Shown here: positions 1-9,903 of the stretch, in pieces
Layout of the letters: the number at the start of each line of letters is the position of its first letter
Position numbering within the stretch: the stretch's first letter is position 1
Assembly (NCBI GenBank): GCA_964576115.1
Contig: CAZNUA010000034.1
Span: 1-37,806, forward strand
Reading direction: 5' to 3'
DNA from: an uncultured Gemmatimonadota bacterium
GTDB taxonomy: Bacteria > Blakebacterota > Blakebacteria > Blakebacterales > Blakebacteraceae
DNA length: 37,806 bases
Program-made: the position numbers and the translations under genes
Notes under the pieces: model-generated
Seen by the model: the letters and a program-made list of their open reading frames with translations, nothing else
Told to the model about the DNA's origin: nothing
The model's database searches: none

Positions 1-210
1 CTGCTCAGACGATGGCGTCTGGCGCGCGAAACGTCGGCTTTCGAAGCCCGCCTGGAGGAACTCGATCGGCGCCAGCTCGACCTGGAACGCCGCCGGGGCG
101 AGATCGGCGATGACGCCGCCCTGGAACGCATCGCCCGCGAGGAATACGGTATGGTCCGCAGCGGCGAACACGTGTACCGCCTGGCCTCGCCCGATACCAC
201 GGGAAGGTGA
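1..210 (+). CDS. ftsB: Septum formation initiator FtsB/DivIC family, 5'-truncated by the window edge
   Basis: Not in the ORF track. Frame +1 translates to ...ARLEELDRRQLDLERRRGEIGDDAALERIAREEYGMVRSGEHVYRL...TGA(208-210): a coiled coil followed by the E-x-x-A-R-x-x-x-G-M-V-x-x-G-E signature. Confidence 0.8.
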   Translation: MLRRWRLARETSAFEARLEELDRRQLDLERRRGEIGDDAALERIAREEYGMVRSGEHVYRLASPDTTGR

Positions 211-212
211 CG

Positions 213-914
213 ATGGAGCGCGAGACAAACCGTTTCTGGACGAGCCTGCGCCTGAGTTTCGCAGCCGGACTGCTGGTGCTGGTGCCCCTGCTGCTGACGC
301 TCTGGATCGTCGAACAGCTCTTCAAGATCCTCTCCGGCGTCTTCGACGGCCCGGTAGCCTGGCTCTGGGGTGGGGCCGAAGGGCTGGCCGAACCGCTTCC
401 CCTGCTGGGATGGGCCGGAGTCAAGGTCGGCCACCTGGTTCCGATCGTAAGCATCATCGCCCTGCTCCTGATCATTCTTCTGCTGGGCATCTTCGCCCGC
501 AATATCGTGGGGGCGCGCCTGCTCAGATTCGGTGAGGTACTCCTGCACCGCATTCCCATCATCAATCGCATCTATATGGCGGTCCGCCAGATCAGCGAAA
601 CGTTTCTGAGCAGTCAGAAGGGCGCCTTCAAGAAGGCGGTTCTGTTCGAATACCCCCGGCAGGGAATCTGGTCGGTCGGGTTCGTGACCCGCGAGTCGGG
701 CGCCGATCTGAACTGCGATCTGGACGATGAAGATGTCTACCACATCTTCCTGCCCACCACCCCCAACCCCACCAGCGGCTTCATGCTCATCATCCCCCGG
801 GCCGACTGTCACGAACTGCGGATGCCGGTCGAGGATGCGCTCAAACTCATTATCTCCGGGGGAGCGGTCTCGCCCGACAAGCTGCCGACCGGAGTGGATA
901 CCAGGGCCTGCTGA
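213..914 (+). CDS. DUF502 domain membrane protein
   Basis: GGAAGG upstream of ATG 213; two TM segments, RIPIINRIY, EYPRQGIWSVGFVT and FLPTTPNPTSGF motifs. Confidence 0.9.
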   Translation: MERETNRFWTSLRLSFAAGLLVLVPLLLTLWIVEQLFKILSGVFDGPVAWLWGGAEGLAEPLPLLGWAGVKVGHLVPIVSIIALLLIILLLGIFARNIVGARLLRFGEVLLHRIPIINRIYMAVRQISETFLSSQKGAFKKAVLFEYPRQGIWSVGFVTRESGADLNCDLDDEDVYHIFLPTTPNPTSGFMLIIPRADCHELRMPVEDALKLIISGGAVSPDKLPTGVDTRAC

Positions 915-915
915 G

Positions 916-2304
916 ATGCGCCGGACCTCCGAGGATCTGGAAGAGCACAAACGCGAACTGGTCGGCACCCTCGACCGCCTGCTCGAGCAGGGAGAGCAGG
1001 GCGCCGGGTTGATCCGGAATCTGCTCGTCGACCTGCATCCCGCCGACGTGGCCGACGTGCTCGATGTCATGGAGTCCGACGACGCCGGCCGGGTTCTGAT
1101 CCTGCTCGACAACGAGATGGCCTCCGACATCCTGGGCGAGATGGAGGAAAGCTCCCGGGCCCCCGTGCTGGAGTACCTGGCCCCGCACGAACTGGCTCCC
1201 CTGGTGGAGGACATGCCGACCGACGATGCCGCCGACCTGGTTGGGGATCTGCCCGACGAGGCGGTCGAAGCGGTCCTGCGGCATGTCGCCCCCGAGGAGC
1301 GGCAGGAAATCATGGAGCTGCTCGTTCACGAGGAGGACACCGCCGGCGGGCTCATGGAATCCGATTTCGTGGCGGTACGCTCCGAAGCCACCGTGAACGA
1401 GGCCATCGAGGCGATCCGGCAGGCGGTCGAAGAGGTCGAATTCATCTACTATGTCTACGTCACCGACAGCGCCGGTCGTCTGGTCGGCCTGCTGCGGCTT
1501 CGCGACCTGCTCCTCTCGCCCGGCGGCCGCCGGGTGGCGGAGATGATGAAGACCGATCTGGTCTCGGTTCCCCTCGCCATGGATCAGGAAGATGTGGCCC
1601 GGCAGGTCTTGCAGTACGATCTGGCGGCTATTCCGGTCGTGAACGAAAACGGCATTCTGGTCGGCCGGATCACCCACGACGATATTGCCGATGTCCTCGA
1701 GGACGAGGTCGAAGAGGACCTGCGCCTGATCGCCGGGGTGGGCGATGAGGACGTCACCGAACGTTCCCCGGTACGGGCCGCGGCCGGGCGCCTGCCATGG
1801 ATCATGATCGGTCTGGTGAGCGCTCTGGTGGCCGGAGTGATCATCGACTCTCACGCATCGATCCTCGAACAGTACCTCGTCCTGGCCACCTTCATCCCGG
1901 TCGTGATGGCCATCGGCGGCAGCGTCGGACTGCAGTCATCTACCATCGTCGTGCGCGGACTGGCGACGGGCCAGGCCGATATGATCGATACCGGGACACG
2001 GATCTTCAAAGAGCTGCGGGTCGGCCTGGCGATAGGGCTGGCCTGCGGGGTGGCGGTGGGAGCGATCGCCTGGCTGTGGAAGGGCATGTACGAAATGGGA
2101 TTGATCGTGGGGCTGAGCATGCTGGCGGCCATTCTCGTCGCGGCCATGATGGGAGCCATCGTGCCGGTGGTTCTCGATCGTCTCAAAGCCGATCCGGCTC
2201 TGGCCTCGGGGCCCTTCATGACCATGTCGAACGATATCCTCGGTCTGCTGATCTATTTCGGTCTGGCCACCCTGCTCCTGAGAGCCCTCGGGGTTGGGCC
2301 ATGA
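916..2304 (+). CDS. mgtE: Magnesium transporter MgtE
   Basis: LHPADVAD N-domain, CBS pair (TAGGLM, YYVYVTD, IPVVN), RLPW, GGSVGLQS, DPALASGPFMTMSND. ATG 916 follows the previous TGA. Confidence 0.95.
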   Translation: MRRTSEDLEEHKRELVGTLDRLLEQGEQGAGLIRNLLVDLHPADVADVLDVMESDDAGRVLILLDNEMASDILGEMEESSRAPVLEYLAPHELAPLVEDMPTDDAADLVGDLPDEAVEAVLRHVAPEERQEIMELLVHEEDTAGGLMESDFVAVRSEATVNEAIEAIRQAVEEVEFIYYVYVTDSAGRLVGLLRLRDLLLSPGGRRVAEMMKTDLVSVPLAMDQEDVARQVLQYDLAAIPVVNENGILVGRITHDDIADVLEDEVEEDLRLIAGVGDEDVTERSPVRAAAGRLPWIMIGLVSALVAGVIIDSHASILEQYLVLATFIPVVMAIGGSVGLQSSTIVVRGLATGQADMIDTGTRIFKELRVGLAIGLACGVAVGAIAWLWKGMYEMGLIVGLSMLAAILVAAMMGAIVPVVLDRLKADPALASGPFMTMSNDILGLLIYFGLATLLLRALGVGP

Positions 2305-2305
2305 C

Positions 2306-3130
2306 ATGCCGTATGTCGCCTTCGATGCCGTTACGCTTCGTTCCCGTCTGTATTCGGAATCGAGCCGCATCGTCACTTTCCTGACGCGCGAAGAGGGACT
2401 CATCACCGGTATCGCCAAGGGGGTGCGAGGTACCCGCAGCCGGTTCGGGGCCGCCCTCGAACCCCTGCAGCACGTCCGGATCACGGTCTCGATGCGTCGG
2501 GGCCGCGACCTGCAGACCGTCACCGGCGCCGATCTGCTGCATCCCTGGAGCCGGATCCGCGAGGATCTCTTCACCGCCGCGTATGCCCAGGCGGCGGCCG
2601 AGCTGCTCACCCGTACCCTCTGGCAGGCACATCCCGGCGAGGATCTGTACGAACTGCTGCTGACGATCCTGCAGACGTACGATGAGGGCCTGGCCGATCC
2701 GCAGCTGCTCTTCCTCTGCTTCGGGATGCATCTGGTCGCCGACCTGGGGTATGCTCTCGACCTGGAAGCCTGTGCCGGCTGCGGGGGGGAACTCACCGAG
2801 CAGGTTACGGTCTCGTTTTCCGAGGGAGCAGTTCGGTGTGCGGGGTGCTATCAACCCGGGGGACAGGTGCTGAGAACGCAGCGCGATACGATTCGCCTGC
2901 TGGTCGCTCTGGGACGCCCCGACGGTCCCGCGGCCGCGGCTTCCGTGAAAGCAAGCACCCAAACGCGACGGGAAGCTGAACGTCTGTTGAGAAACCATCT
3001 GGAATACCACACCGATACCCGGCTGGATCTCAACGCGCTGCGTCTGGCCGAATCGCTGGGACCCCGCCGGAGGTTTCGCCGGACCGGGAACCGTGACGAC
3101 TCACACTCCGGTACCGCGCCACCGGAGTGA
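2306..3130 (+). CDS. recO: DNA repair protein RecO
   Basis: YSESSRIVTFLTREEG..IAKGVR..SRFGAALEP N-terminal OB fold; CxxC...CxxC zinc motif. Confidence 0.92.
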   Translation: MPYVAFDAVTLRSRLYSESSRIVTFLTREEGLITGIAKGVRGTRSRFGAALEPLQHVRITVSMRRGRDLQTVTGADLLHPWSRIREDLFTAAYAQAAAELLTRTLWQAHPGEDLYELLLTILQTYDEGLADPQLLFLCFGMHLVADLGYALDLEACAGCGGELTEQVTVSFSEGAVRCAGCYQPGGQVLRTQRDTIRLLVALGRPDGPAAAASVKASTQTRREAERLLRNHLEYHTDTRLDLNALRLAESLGPRRRFRRTGNRDDSHSGTAPPE

Positions 3131-3803
3131 AGAGAGCCGGGAAGCAGGATGTAGAGAAGTGGGGACCAGGAACGGAAACGATCGCCATCCCACCGATGAG
3201 CAGCTGGTTGGCTCCATCGCCGGTGGGGACCGGACCGCCTTCGAAGAACTGGGCCGGCGCTATATCAAGAAGGCCTATTCGATCGCGTTACGGATGACCC
3301 GGAACCGGGAAGATGCGTGGGATCTGGCCCAGGATGCGCTTCTGGAGATCCACCGCTCCGCTTCAGGTTTCGACCGGCGATTTTCCTTTTCGTCCTGGTT
3401 CTACCGGATCGTCGTGAACAAGACCCTGAACTTTCTCAAGCGCGAAAAGCTGCGCAGCGGGGCGTTCGCGGCGGGAATGGAAGAGAAATTCATCGGGGGC
3501 AAGAGGATCGCCCTGCGCGGAGGGGATCCCGCCGATCCCGATGATGAATACACAACCGGGACTCTGGTGGAACCGCACGATCCGGAGTCCGATTACGAGC
3601 AGACCGAACTGGGAGAACGGATCAAAGCAGCTCTGCAAACGCTTTCTCCCGATCAGCGCACGGTGGTTATCCTCTTCGACCTGGAGGGTTTCACACACCG
3701 GGAGATTGCTGATATCATGAATTGCCCCGAGGGTACCGTCATGAGCCGTCTGCACTACGGCCGGATGAAACTCCGGGAGCAGCTGGAGGGAATGCTGTTA
3801 TGA
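3093..3803 (+). CDS. ECF (RpoE-like) sigma-70 factor; start uncertain (GTG 3093 or GTG 3159)
   Basis: Region 2 DAWDLAQD..FSSWFYRIVVN; region 4 LSPDQRTVVILFDLEGFTHREIADIMNCPEGTVMSRLHYGR. Confidence 0.93.
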   Translation: MTTHTPVPRHRSEESREAGCREVGTRNGNDRHPTDEQLVGSIAGGDRTAFEELGRRYIKKAYSIALRMTRNREDAWDLAQDALLEIHRSASGFDRRFSFSSWFYRIVVNKTLNFLKREKLRSGAFAAGMEEKFIGGKRIALRGGDPADPDDEYTTGTLVEPHDPESDYEQTELGERIKAALQTLSPDQRTVVILFDLEGFTHREIADIMNCPEGTVMSRLHYGRMKLREQLEGMLL

Positions 3804-4285
3804 GTGGCCACCCGGAAACGGAATATCTGACTGCTCTGCGGGAGGGTTGGCTGACTGCGAGCGAGGCGGCCAGGCTCGAAGCCCACCTGGCCGAGTGTGC
3901 CGCCTGCCGCCGTACCTTTCGCGATCTCGACCTTATCGTCGAACACCTTCGGACCTCGGCCGGCGAGGTAGACCCTCCTCCGGGCGGGTACGAGGCCCTG
4001 CTCGAGGCCACCCTGGCCCTGCGCGAGAAGATCGAACCGATCAGGCTCCCCGCCGTACGGCGCTGGTTCACACCCGCCATCGTCGCTGCGGCAGCCCTCA
4101 TTATCACCCTGACGACCGTGTTTCTCCTCGACCGTAGTGCCTCTGTACAAGCCCCGGCCGAGGTGACAACGGCCGAAACCGATCTACCCGACGCCATGCT
4201 CGAAGAGCATGCCCTGGCAAGCGATGCGGTGCCGTTCAGCACCGGTGTCACCCTGCTCGTTTCGGCCGGGAACAGCCGGTGGTAG
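3800..4285 (+). CDS. Zinc-binding (zf-HC2/ZAS) membrane-anchored anti-sigma factor
   Basis: ATGA overlap with the sigma stop; HLAECAAC (HxxxCxxC); one TM helix (PAIVAAAALIITLTTVFLL). Confidence 0.88.
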   Translation: MSGHPETEYLTALREGWLTASEAARLEAHLAECAACRRTFRDLDLIVEHLRTSAGEVDPPPGGYEALLEATLALREKIEPIRLPAVRRWFTPAIVAAAALIITLTTVFLLDRSASVQAPAEVTTAETDLPDAMLEEHALASDAVPFSTGVTLLVSAGNSRW

Positions 4286-4297
4286 GAGAGACGGGTT

Positions 4298-5380
4298 GTG
4301 GGCGGAAGTGAATTGAACTCGCGGGTGTTGATTGCACTCCTTCTGTTCTGCGGTTTTTTCGGGGCCCCGGTCCCCGCTGAGGCCGCTCCCGGAATGGCCA
4401 TCATGCCCCAGGATGTCCTGACCGACGTTCTGCGCAGACAGCAGGAAATCGCTTTCATCGGCCAGCGCTTCCAGACCCATGTCTCTTCCGATCCCGAGCG
4501 GGAGGACACCGTCTACCGGCAGCGAATCGGCCACAATCCCCCCTCCGACTACCGTGTCGATTTTCTCGATCTGCCCGAGGGGGAGGAATATCACGTCCTG
4601 GTCAGGTGCGAGAAGCTGTACGAGTGGGACGAGCGCGAGCGGGTCAGGGTTCAGGAACGGAGCGACGAACAGACCCTGGGACTGGTCATCAGCGATACCT
4701 ACATCGATCTGCTGCGCAGGAACTACCTGGTGCAGGCCGAACTGGGTCCCGATGTGGCCGGCCGCCGGACCTACGCGGTGCGGATCGATCCTCTCTATCC
4801 CGGTCGGCCTTCGATCCGGGCCTGGGTCGACTCCACTTACGGTGTACCTCTCAAAGTCGAAGTCTACAATGCCCGGGCCGAACTTCGGGCCCGATACGAA
4901 TACACCCGGATATTCTTCCGCTCCCGGCTCGATCCGGCCCATTTCGAACCTCCCGCCGAACCTCAGCCCCGCTCCCCCCGGCGGGGAGTGGAATGCACCA
5001 CCCCTGATGAATTCCTCGACGAAACCGGCATCCATCCCCCCCTGGCCGACCGGCTCCCGGCCGGTTTCATGCTGGTGAAGATCAGAATGGATGCCTGGCG
5101 GTTTCGAAGCGGGAATGAGCAACCCTTTCTTCAGAGCGTGTATTCGGATGGCTATGCCACGTTCTCGATATTTGCCGAGAAGGATCACCCCGAGCCTCCC
5201 CCGGGGATCGAGGAACCGGATCTGCGCGATGTCCGTTCGGGGGAAAGACGCGGGATGAACTATGCCGTCGGCTGGATCGGCACAACCAAGATCACCGTGA
5301 CCGGCGATATCGGGGAAGCGGAACTCGTCGAAGTGCTCTCCAGCGTCAAACTCGAGGGCCAGCCGATTCTCATACCCTGA
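4298..5380 (+). CDS. MucB/RseB-like (LolA-fold) periplasmic sigma-E regulatory protein
   Basis: Signal peptide; VAGRRTYAVRIDP..WVDSTYGVPLKVEVY, LPAGF and YSDGYATFSIF motifs; position after sigma and anti-sigma. Confidence 0.8.
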   Translation: MGGSELNSRVLIALLLFCGFFGAPVPAEAAPGMAIMPQDVLTDVLRRQQEIAFIGQRFQTHVSSDPEREDTVYRQRIGHNPPSDYRVDFLDLPEGEEYHVLVRCEKLYEWDERERVRVQERSDEQTLGLVISDTYIDLLRRNYLVQAELGPDVAGRRTYAVRIDPLYPGRPSIRAWVDSTYGVPLKVEVYNARAELRARYEYTRIFFRSRLDPAHFEPPAEPQPRSPRRGVECTTPDEFLDETGIHPPLADRLPAGFMLVKIRMDAWRFRSGNEQPFLQSVYSDGYATFSIFAEKDHPEPPPGIEEPDLRDVRSGERRGMNYAVGWIGTTKITVTGDIGEAELVEVLSSVKLEGQPILIP

Positions 5381-5442
5381 GGATGTTCCGCCACGCTATC
5401 TCTGCTTGACGCAGACTCGCCCGGCAAGGTTACTAGAGGTCC

Positions 5443-7872
5443 ATGAGAGAACCGTATGATCCGCGCCGCATCGGAGCCTGGCTCGTCGGCTTCCTGACAC
5501 TCAGCGTGTATCTGTTGACCCTGGCGCCGACAGTCGCGTTCTGGGATGTGGGGGAGTTCATCGCCTGCGGCTTCACGCTCGGCATTCCCCATTCGCCGGG
5601 GGCGCCGACCTTCATCCTGCTCGGCCGGCTTGCCACCCTGCTGCCCACCCCCTTCGGACCGGCGGCGGAGATGAACGCCATCTCGGCCCTGGCTTCGGCC
5701 GCCACCGCTCTGCTGCTCTACGGTATCCTGCTCGAGATGCTCGAGCTGTGGAATGCCCGTCTCGAGTCCGTCCGGCTTCTCTCACCTGCGGTCCAGGCTG
5801 TGGCTGCGGCTACCGGCGCCCTCGGGTACGCGTTCGGTCATTCGGCCTGGTTCAACGCCGTCGAAGCCGAGGTCTACGCGCTCAGCATGTTCGTGACGGC
5901 TCTCTGTCTCTGGCTGGCCCTGCGCCATGCCCGGGGCGGGGGGGACCGGGCCCGGGGCTCCTATCTGCTGCTGATCGGATACCTGCTCGGGCTCGGAGCC
6001 GGGAACCACCTGCTGGCGTTGCTCACCATCCCCACCATCCTGATCCTGCTCTGGTTTCTGGACCGCCCCTCCCTGCGCAGGATCGAGACCTGGGTCTGGA
6101 TGGCGGTGCTCTTCGTGGCCGGCTACAGTGTCTATGCTCTCATCTTCGTGCGTTCGGGGCTCGATCCCCCGATCGACATGAACAACCCCGAAACCTGGCA
6201 CGGTTTCGTACAGTTCCTGCAGCGTCGCCAGTACGGCGACGAGTCGCTGCTCTGGAACATGTTTCCCCGTTCGGCCGATTTCTGGTCCTATCAGCTCGAT
6301 TACCACTTCTTCAGGTACCTGCGGGGCGAGTTCATCGTGCCGCTCAGCCTGCTGGCGCTCTTCGGCGCCGTCGTCAATCTCTATCGCGATCACCGGACCT
6401 TTCTGGCCACCGGTGCGCTCTGGCTCGTCATGGGGCTGGGGCTGGTCTTCTATCTCAACATGCCCGACCCGCAGCCGCGGGACCGATTCTATATCTTCGC
6501 CGGCTGCTGGTTCGCCATGGCGATCTGGATGGGAATGGGAATGGCCGGCGTGGCCGGCTATCTGCAGCTCCTGCCCGCAGCCCGCAGGCGACTGCTTGCG
6601 ATCACGGCCCTGCTGGCCCTGCTGGGGGTGGGGAGCCAGCTGGCCCTGCGCTGGCACTCGCACGATCGCAGCGGCAACTATCTCGCCCATGATTACTCCT
6701 ACAACATTCTGCAGAGCTGTCCCCGCGATGCGATCCTCTTCACCAACGGCGACAACGATACCTATCCCCTCTGGTACCTGCAGGTGGTCGAGGGACTCCG
6801 GCAAGACGTGCGGGTGGTCAACCTGAGCCTGCTCAATACCCCCTGGTATGTTGCCGAGCTGCGCGATCGCGACCCGCGTGTGCCGATCGCCCTGACCGAC
6901 AACGAACTCGACTCATTCGGGGTGGCCATGGTAGCCGGGGATTCGACCTGGACCCTGGCCGGTCTGCAGTGGACGGTACCCGGGAATGTGCCGATCCGCC
7001 CCCAGGACCAGCTCATCGCTCATATCGTCGCTGCCAACAACTGGCAGCTGCCCCTGTGTTTCGCCATTACGGTGCCGACCGAGAATCAGGCCTGGTTCGA
7101 CGAACACCTGCAGCTCCAGGGCTTTGCCTTCCGCCTCGTGCGCGAGGGGCCGTCGGTCGAGATCGAAAGAACCCTCGAGAATCTGGTCGAGGTGTTCCGC
7201 TATCGCGGCATCACCGATCCCCGGATCTACAAGGACACCGATACCGCCGAACTGCTGCACAACTACCGGGTGGTGTATTCCGAGCTGGCCCAGCAGATGC
7301 TCCGGCGGGGCGAGGTGGAACAAGCCTGGGGAGTGCTGCAGTTCGGTGACGAAAAGGTGGATCTTTCCGGTCCCGATTACGTTCTCCTGAGAGCGCTCGT
7401 CACCCAGGTACGCGGGGACACGCTGGCCGCCCGTGAGATGATCGCCGACGCGATCGACGAGGGTTTCGATCTCCTTTTCAGCCGGCTGCAGGCCTATTCC
7501 GTCCTGGTCCGCTCCTACGCCGACGGGGGCGAGCCGCGCGAGGCGGAAAGGGTGCTCGCGGGCTGGCTGGGCCGGATTGCAGGGGTGGAGGGGGCCGGCG
7601 AGGGGCCCGATCCACTGGCCGAAACAGAGCTCGCGGCACTGATCGCCGCCCTGCCCTTCAACGACGAGATGATCTACGCTTTCGTGAGCCTGGTGTACTA
7701 TTTCGCCGAGCGGGGGGAGTGGGAGCGGGCCGCCTGGACCATGGAGCGCTGGCTCGATCGGGCTCCCGCGGATGAGGGCGCCCGGGATTGGCTGGAGGCG
7801 ATTCGCGCCGGTTCTGTGCCCGACGACCTGCGCCTGATGGCCCTGCGCTTCATTCCTGCGGTCGGTCGCTGA
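5443..7872 (+). CDS. DUF2723/TMEM260-like GT-C membrane glycosyltransferase with C-terminal TPR-like helices
   Basis: YLLTLAPTVAFWDVGEF..LGIPHSPGAP, AVEAEVY, NNPETW..RRQY, AILFTNGDNDTYPLWYLQ.VEG.R.DVRVVNLSLL motifs; many TM helices. Confidence 0.88.
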   Translation: MREPYDPRRIGAWLVGFLTLSVYLLTLAPTVAFWDVGEFIACGFTLGIPHSPGAPTFILLGRLATLLPTPFGPAAEMNAISALASAATALLLYGILLEMLELWNARLESVRLLSPAVQAVAAATGALGYAFGHSAWFNAVEAEVYALSMFVTALCLWLALRHARGGGDRARGSYLLLIGYLLGLGAGNHLLALLTIPTILILLWFLDRPSLRRIETWVWMAVLFVAGYSVYALIFVRSGLDPPIDMNNPETWHGFVQFLQRRQYGDESLLWNMFPRSADFWSYQLDYHFFRYLRGEFIVPLSLLALFGAVVNLYRDHRTFLATGALWLVMGLGLVFYLNMPDPQPRDRFYIFAGCWFAMAIWMGMGMAGVAGYLQLLPAARRRLLAITALLALLGVGSQLALRWHSHDRSGNYLAHDYSYNILQSCPRDAILFTNGDNDTYPLWYLQVVEGLRQDVRVVNLSLLNTPWYVAELRDRDPRVPIALTDNELDSFGVAMVAGDSTWTLAGLQWTVPGNVPIRPQDQLIAHIVAANNWQLPLCFAITVPTENQAWFDEHLQLQGFAFRLVREGPSVEIERTLENLVEVFRYRGITDPRIYKDTDTAELLHNYRVVYSELAQQMLRRGEVEQAWGVLQFGDEKVDLSGPDYVLLRALVTQVRGDTLAAREMIADAIDEGFDLLFSRLQAYSVLVRSYADGGEPREAERVLAGWLGRIAGVEGAGEGPDPLAETELAALIAALPFNDEMIYAFVSLVYYFAERGEWERAAWTMERWLDRAPADEGARDWLEAIRAGSVPDDLRLMALRFIPAVGR

Positions 7873-8960
7873 TGGAACCCGAGCCCGCCGCCCCCATGCT
7901 CTCGGTCGTCATCCCGCACCTGCGGGGACGGGATGCCTTCATGAGCTGCCTGGGCGCTCTGGACCGCGTGCGGCCCGAACCCGAAATCGTCGTGGTGGAC
8001 AATGCCTGCGAGGACGGCTCGGTCGCCGACGCGCAGGCGGCCTTTCCCGCGCTCCGGGTGATCCGCAGCGAGGTCAACCGGGGCTACGCCGGGGGCTGCA
8101 ATCTTGGGCTGGAACACGTCCGCGGCCGCTGGTGTGTGTTTCTCAACGACGATGCGATCGTCGAGACAGGCGCCATCGAGGCCCTGCTCGAACGGCTCGA
8201 GGTTCATGGTCCCGAAGAAGCGCCGCTCCTGCAGCCGGTTCTTCGTTCGGCAGCCGAACCCGAACGGTTCGATTATGCCGGCGGGGCAGGGGGGCTGATC
8301 GATCGCTGGGGGTATCCCTTTGCGCTCGGGCGTCTGTTCGAGACCTGCGAGATCGACACCGGGCAGTACGCCGGGACCGGTCCCCTGGCCTGGGCGTCGG
8401 GGTGCTGTCTGGCCGGAGCGACCGCGGCCTTCCGCAGTCTGGGCGGATTCGAGGAGAGTTACTTCGCCCACTTCGAAGAAATCGATCTCTGCTGGCGCCT
8501 GCGCCGCTCCGGGGGCCGGATCGAAAGCGTACCGGAAGCGATCGTGCTTCACCGGGGAGCCGCCACCCTGCCGACCGGGGGCCGCAAAACCTACCTGAAT
8601 TTCCGCAACAACATCTGGACCCTGCGGCGCAATCTGCCCCTCTCCCGCCTGGCTGTCGTGCTCGCTCTTCGGGCTTTGCTCGATACGGCCGCGGTCGTAC
8701 GCTGGCTGCTGCGCGGCGAGGTCGTGACCGCCCTGGCGGCGGTGCGGGGCTGGTGGGCGGGAGTGCTGCGCCGGCCGTGGGCCGTGATCGTCCCACCCCG
8801 GTCGCAGCAGGCTCCCCGGACCTCGGAGGGTGTGTACCGGGGTTGCCTGCCCTGGGCCTACTGGGTGCGGGGAGTGCGCAGCGCGGCCGAACTCCTGCCC
8901 CGGACCCGGGGCTGGAACACAACTCCCGGCAGAGACTCGGGGCAGGGGGAGGGGGCGTGA
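7872..8960 (+). CDS. Family 2 glycosyltransferase
   Basis: VVVDNACEDGS, NRGYAGGCN, FLNDD, WASGCC, GFEESYFAHFEEIDLCWR; ATG overlaps the upstream TGA. Confidence 0.92.
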   Translation: MEPEPAAPMLSVVIPHLRGRDAFMSCLGALDRVRPEPEIVVVDNACEDGSVADAQAAFPALRVIRSEVNRGYAGGCNLGLEHVRGRWCVFLNDDAIVETGAIEALLERLEVHGPEEAPLLQPVLRSAAEPERFDYAGGAGGLIDRWGYPFALGRLFETCEIDTGQYAGTGPLAWASGCCLAGATAAFRSLGGFEESYFAHFEEIDLCWRLRRSGGRIESVPEAIVLHRGAATLPTGGRKTYLNFRNNIWTLRRNLPLSRLAVVLALRALLDTAAVVRWLLRGEVVTALAAVRGWWAGVLRRPWAVIVPPRSQQAPRTSEGVYRGCLPWAYWVRGVRSAAELLPRTRGWNTTPGRDSGQGEGA

Positions 8961-8961
8961 G

Positions 8962-9803
8962 ATGACACGGGGGGGACGCAACCGGCTGCTGAAAGTCGTT
9001 GTCACGGTCGTCATTCTCGCGGTCCTGGCCGCCCGGCTTGATCTGGACCGTATCTGGCAGCTGCTGCGAGCCGCCCAGGCCCTGCCGATCGCCATGGCGA
9101 TCGGGCTCCTGGCCGCCAGCCACCTGGTCGTGGCCCTGATCTGGCGCCGCCTGCTCGCTGCCGTTGACGTCCGGCTGAGCGTGGAACGCACCGTCAGTCT
9201 CTACTACGCCGGACTGTTTCTGAATATCTTCTTCTTCGGCAGCGTGGGAGGGGACGGCTACCGGGTCTACGCGGCCTGGAAGGGGACCGGCGGTTCGGGG
9301 CGCCCGGTTCTGGCCGCCACCCTGCTCGAGCGACTCATCGGAGTCGCCGCCCTGCTGCTACTGGGGACGATCGCGGTTCTGGCGAAGTTCGCCGTCCTGC
9401 CCGGCGCTTTCCGCTGGCTGTTGTTAACGCTCTCGGGAGGCGGCACCATCGCGGCCCTGCTGATCATCCTGGTTCCCGGGCCGCTGGGGCGGCTGGTTCT
9501 ACGGCTGGCCCGAAACCGCTCGGAAATGACCCGTGAGCGGATCGCCGGGACTCTCGCCGCCATGCAGCAGGCCGGACAGCCGGGTGCGGTCGCAGTGATG
9601 CTACTGGTGGCTGTAGCTGCTCAGGGGGTGCGCATCTGGACCCACTGGTGGTGCGCCCGGGCCCTGGGTATCGAGGTGGCTGCAGCAGACCTCTTTCTGG
9701 TCATCCCGATCATCGCCGTGGCTTCGGGGCTGCCGATCTCGATCGGCGGCCTGGGCGTGCGCGAGGCCACCGGCGTACTCCTGCTGGCACCGCTCGGGGT
9801 CGC
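8962..9803 (+). CDS. Flippase-like membrane protein (lysylphosphatidylglycerol synthase TM / UPF0104 family), 3' end lost in gap
   Basis: GLFLN..GSVGGDGYR, LLERLIG, LPISIGGLGVRE motifs; runs into the N gap at 9804. Confidence 0.85.
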
Positions 9804-9903
9804 NNNNNNNNNNNNNNNNNNNNNNNNNNNNNNNNNNNNNNNNNNNNNNNNNNNNNNNNNNNNNNNNNNNNNNNNNNNNNNNNNNNNNNNNNNNNNNNNN
9901 NNN
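9804..9903. other. Assembly gap (100 N)
   Basis: Run of N; the two flanks belong to different genes. Confidence 1.

Noticed and set aside
5406-5436. Sigma-70 promoter for the DUF2723 operon (TTGACG ... TACTAG)
   Set aside because: Good -35, but no convincing -10 at 16-18 bp spacing.
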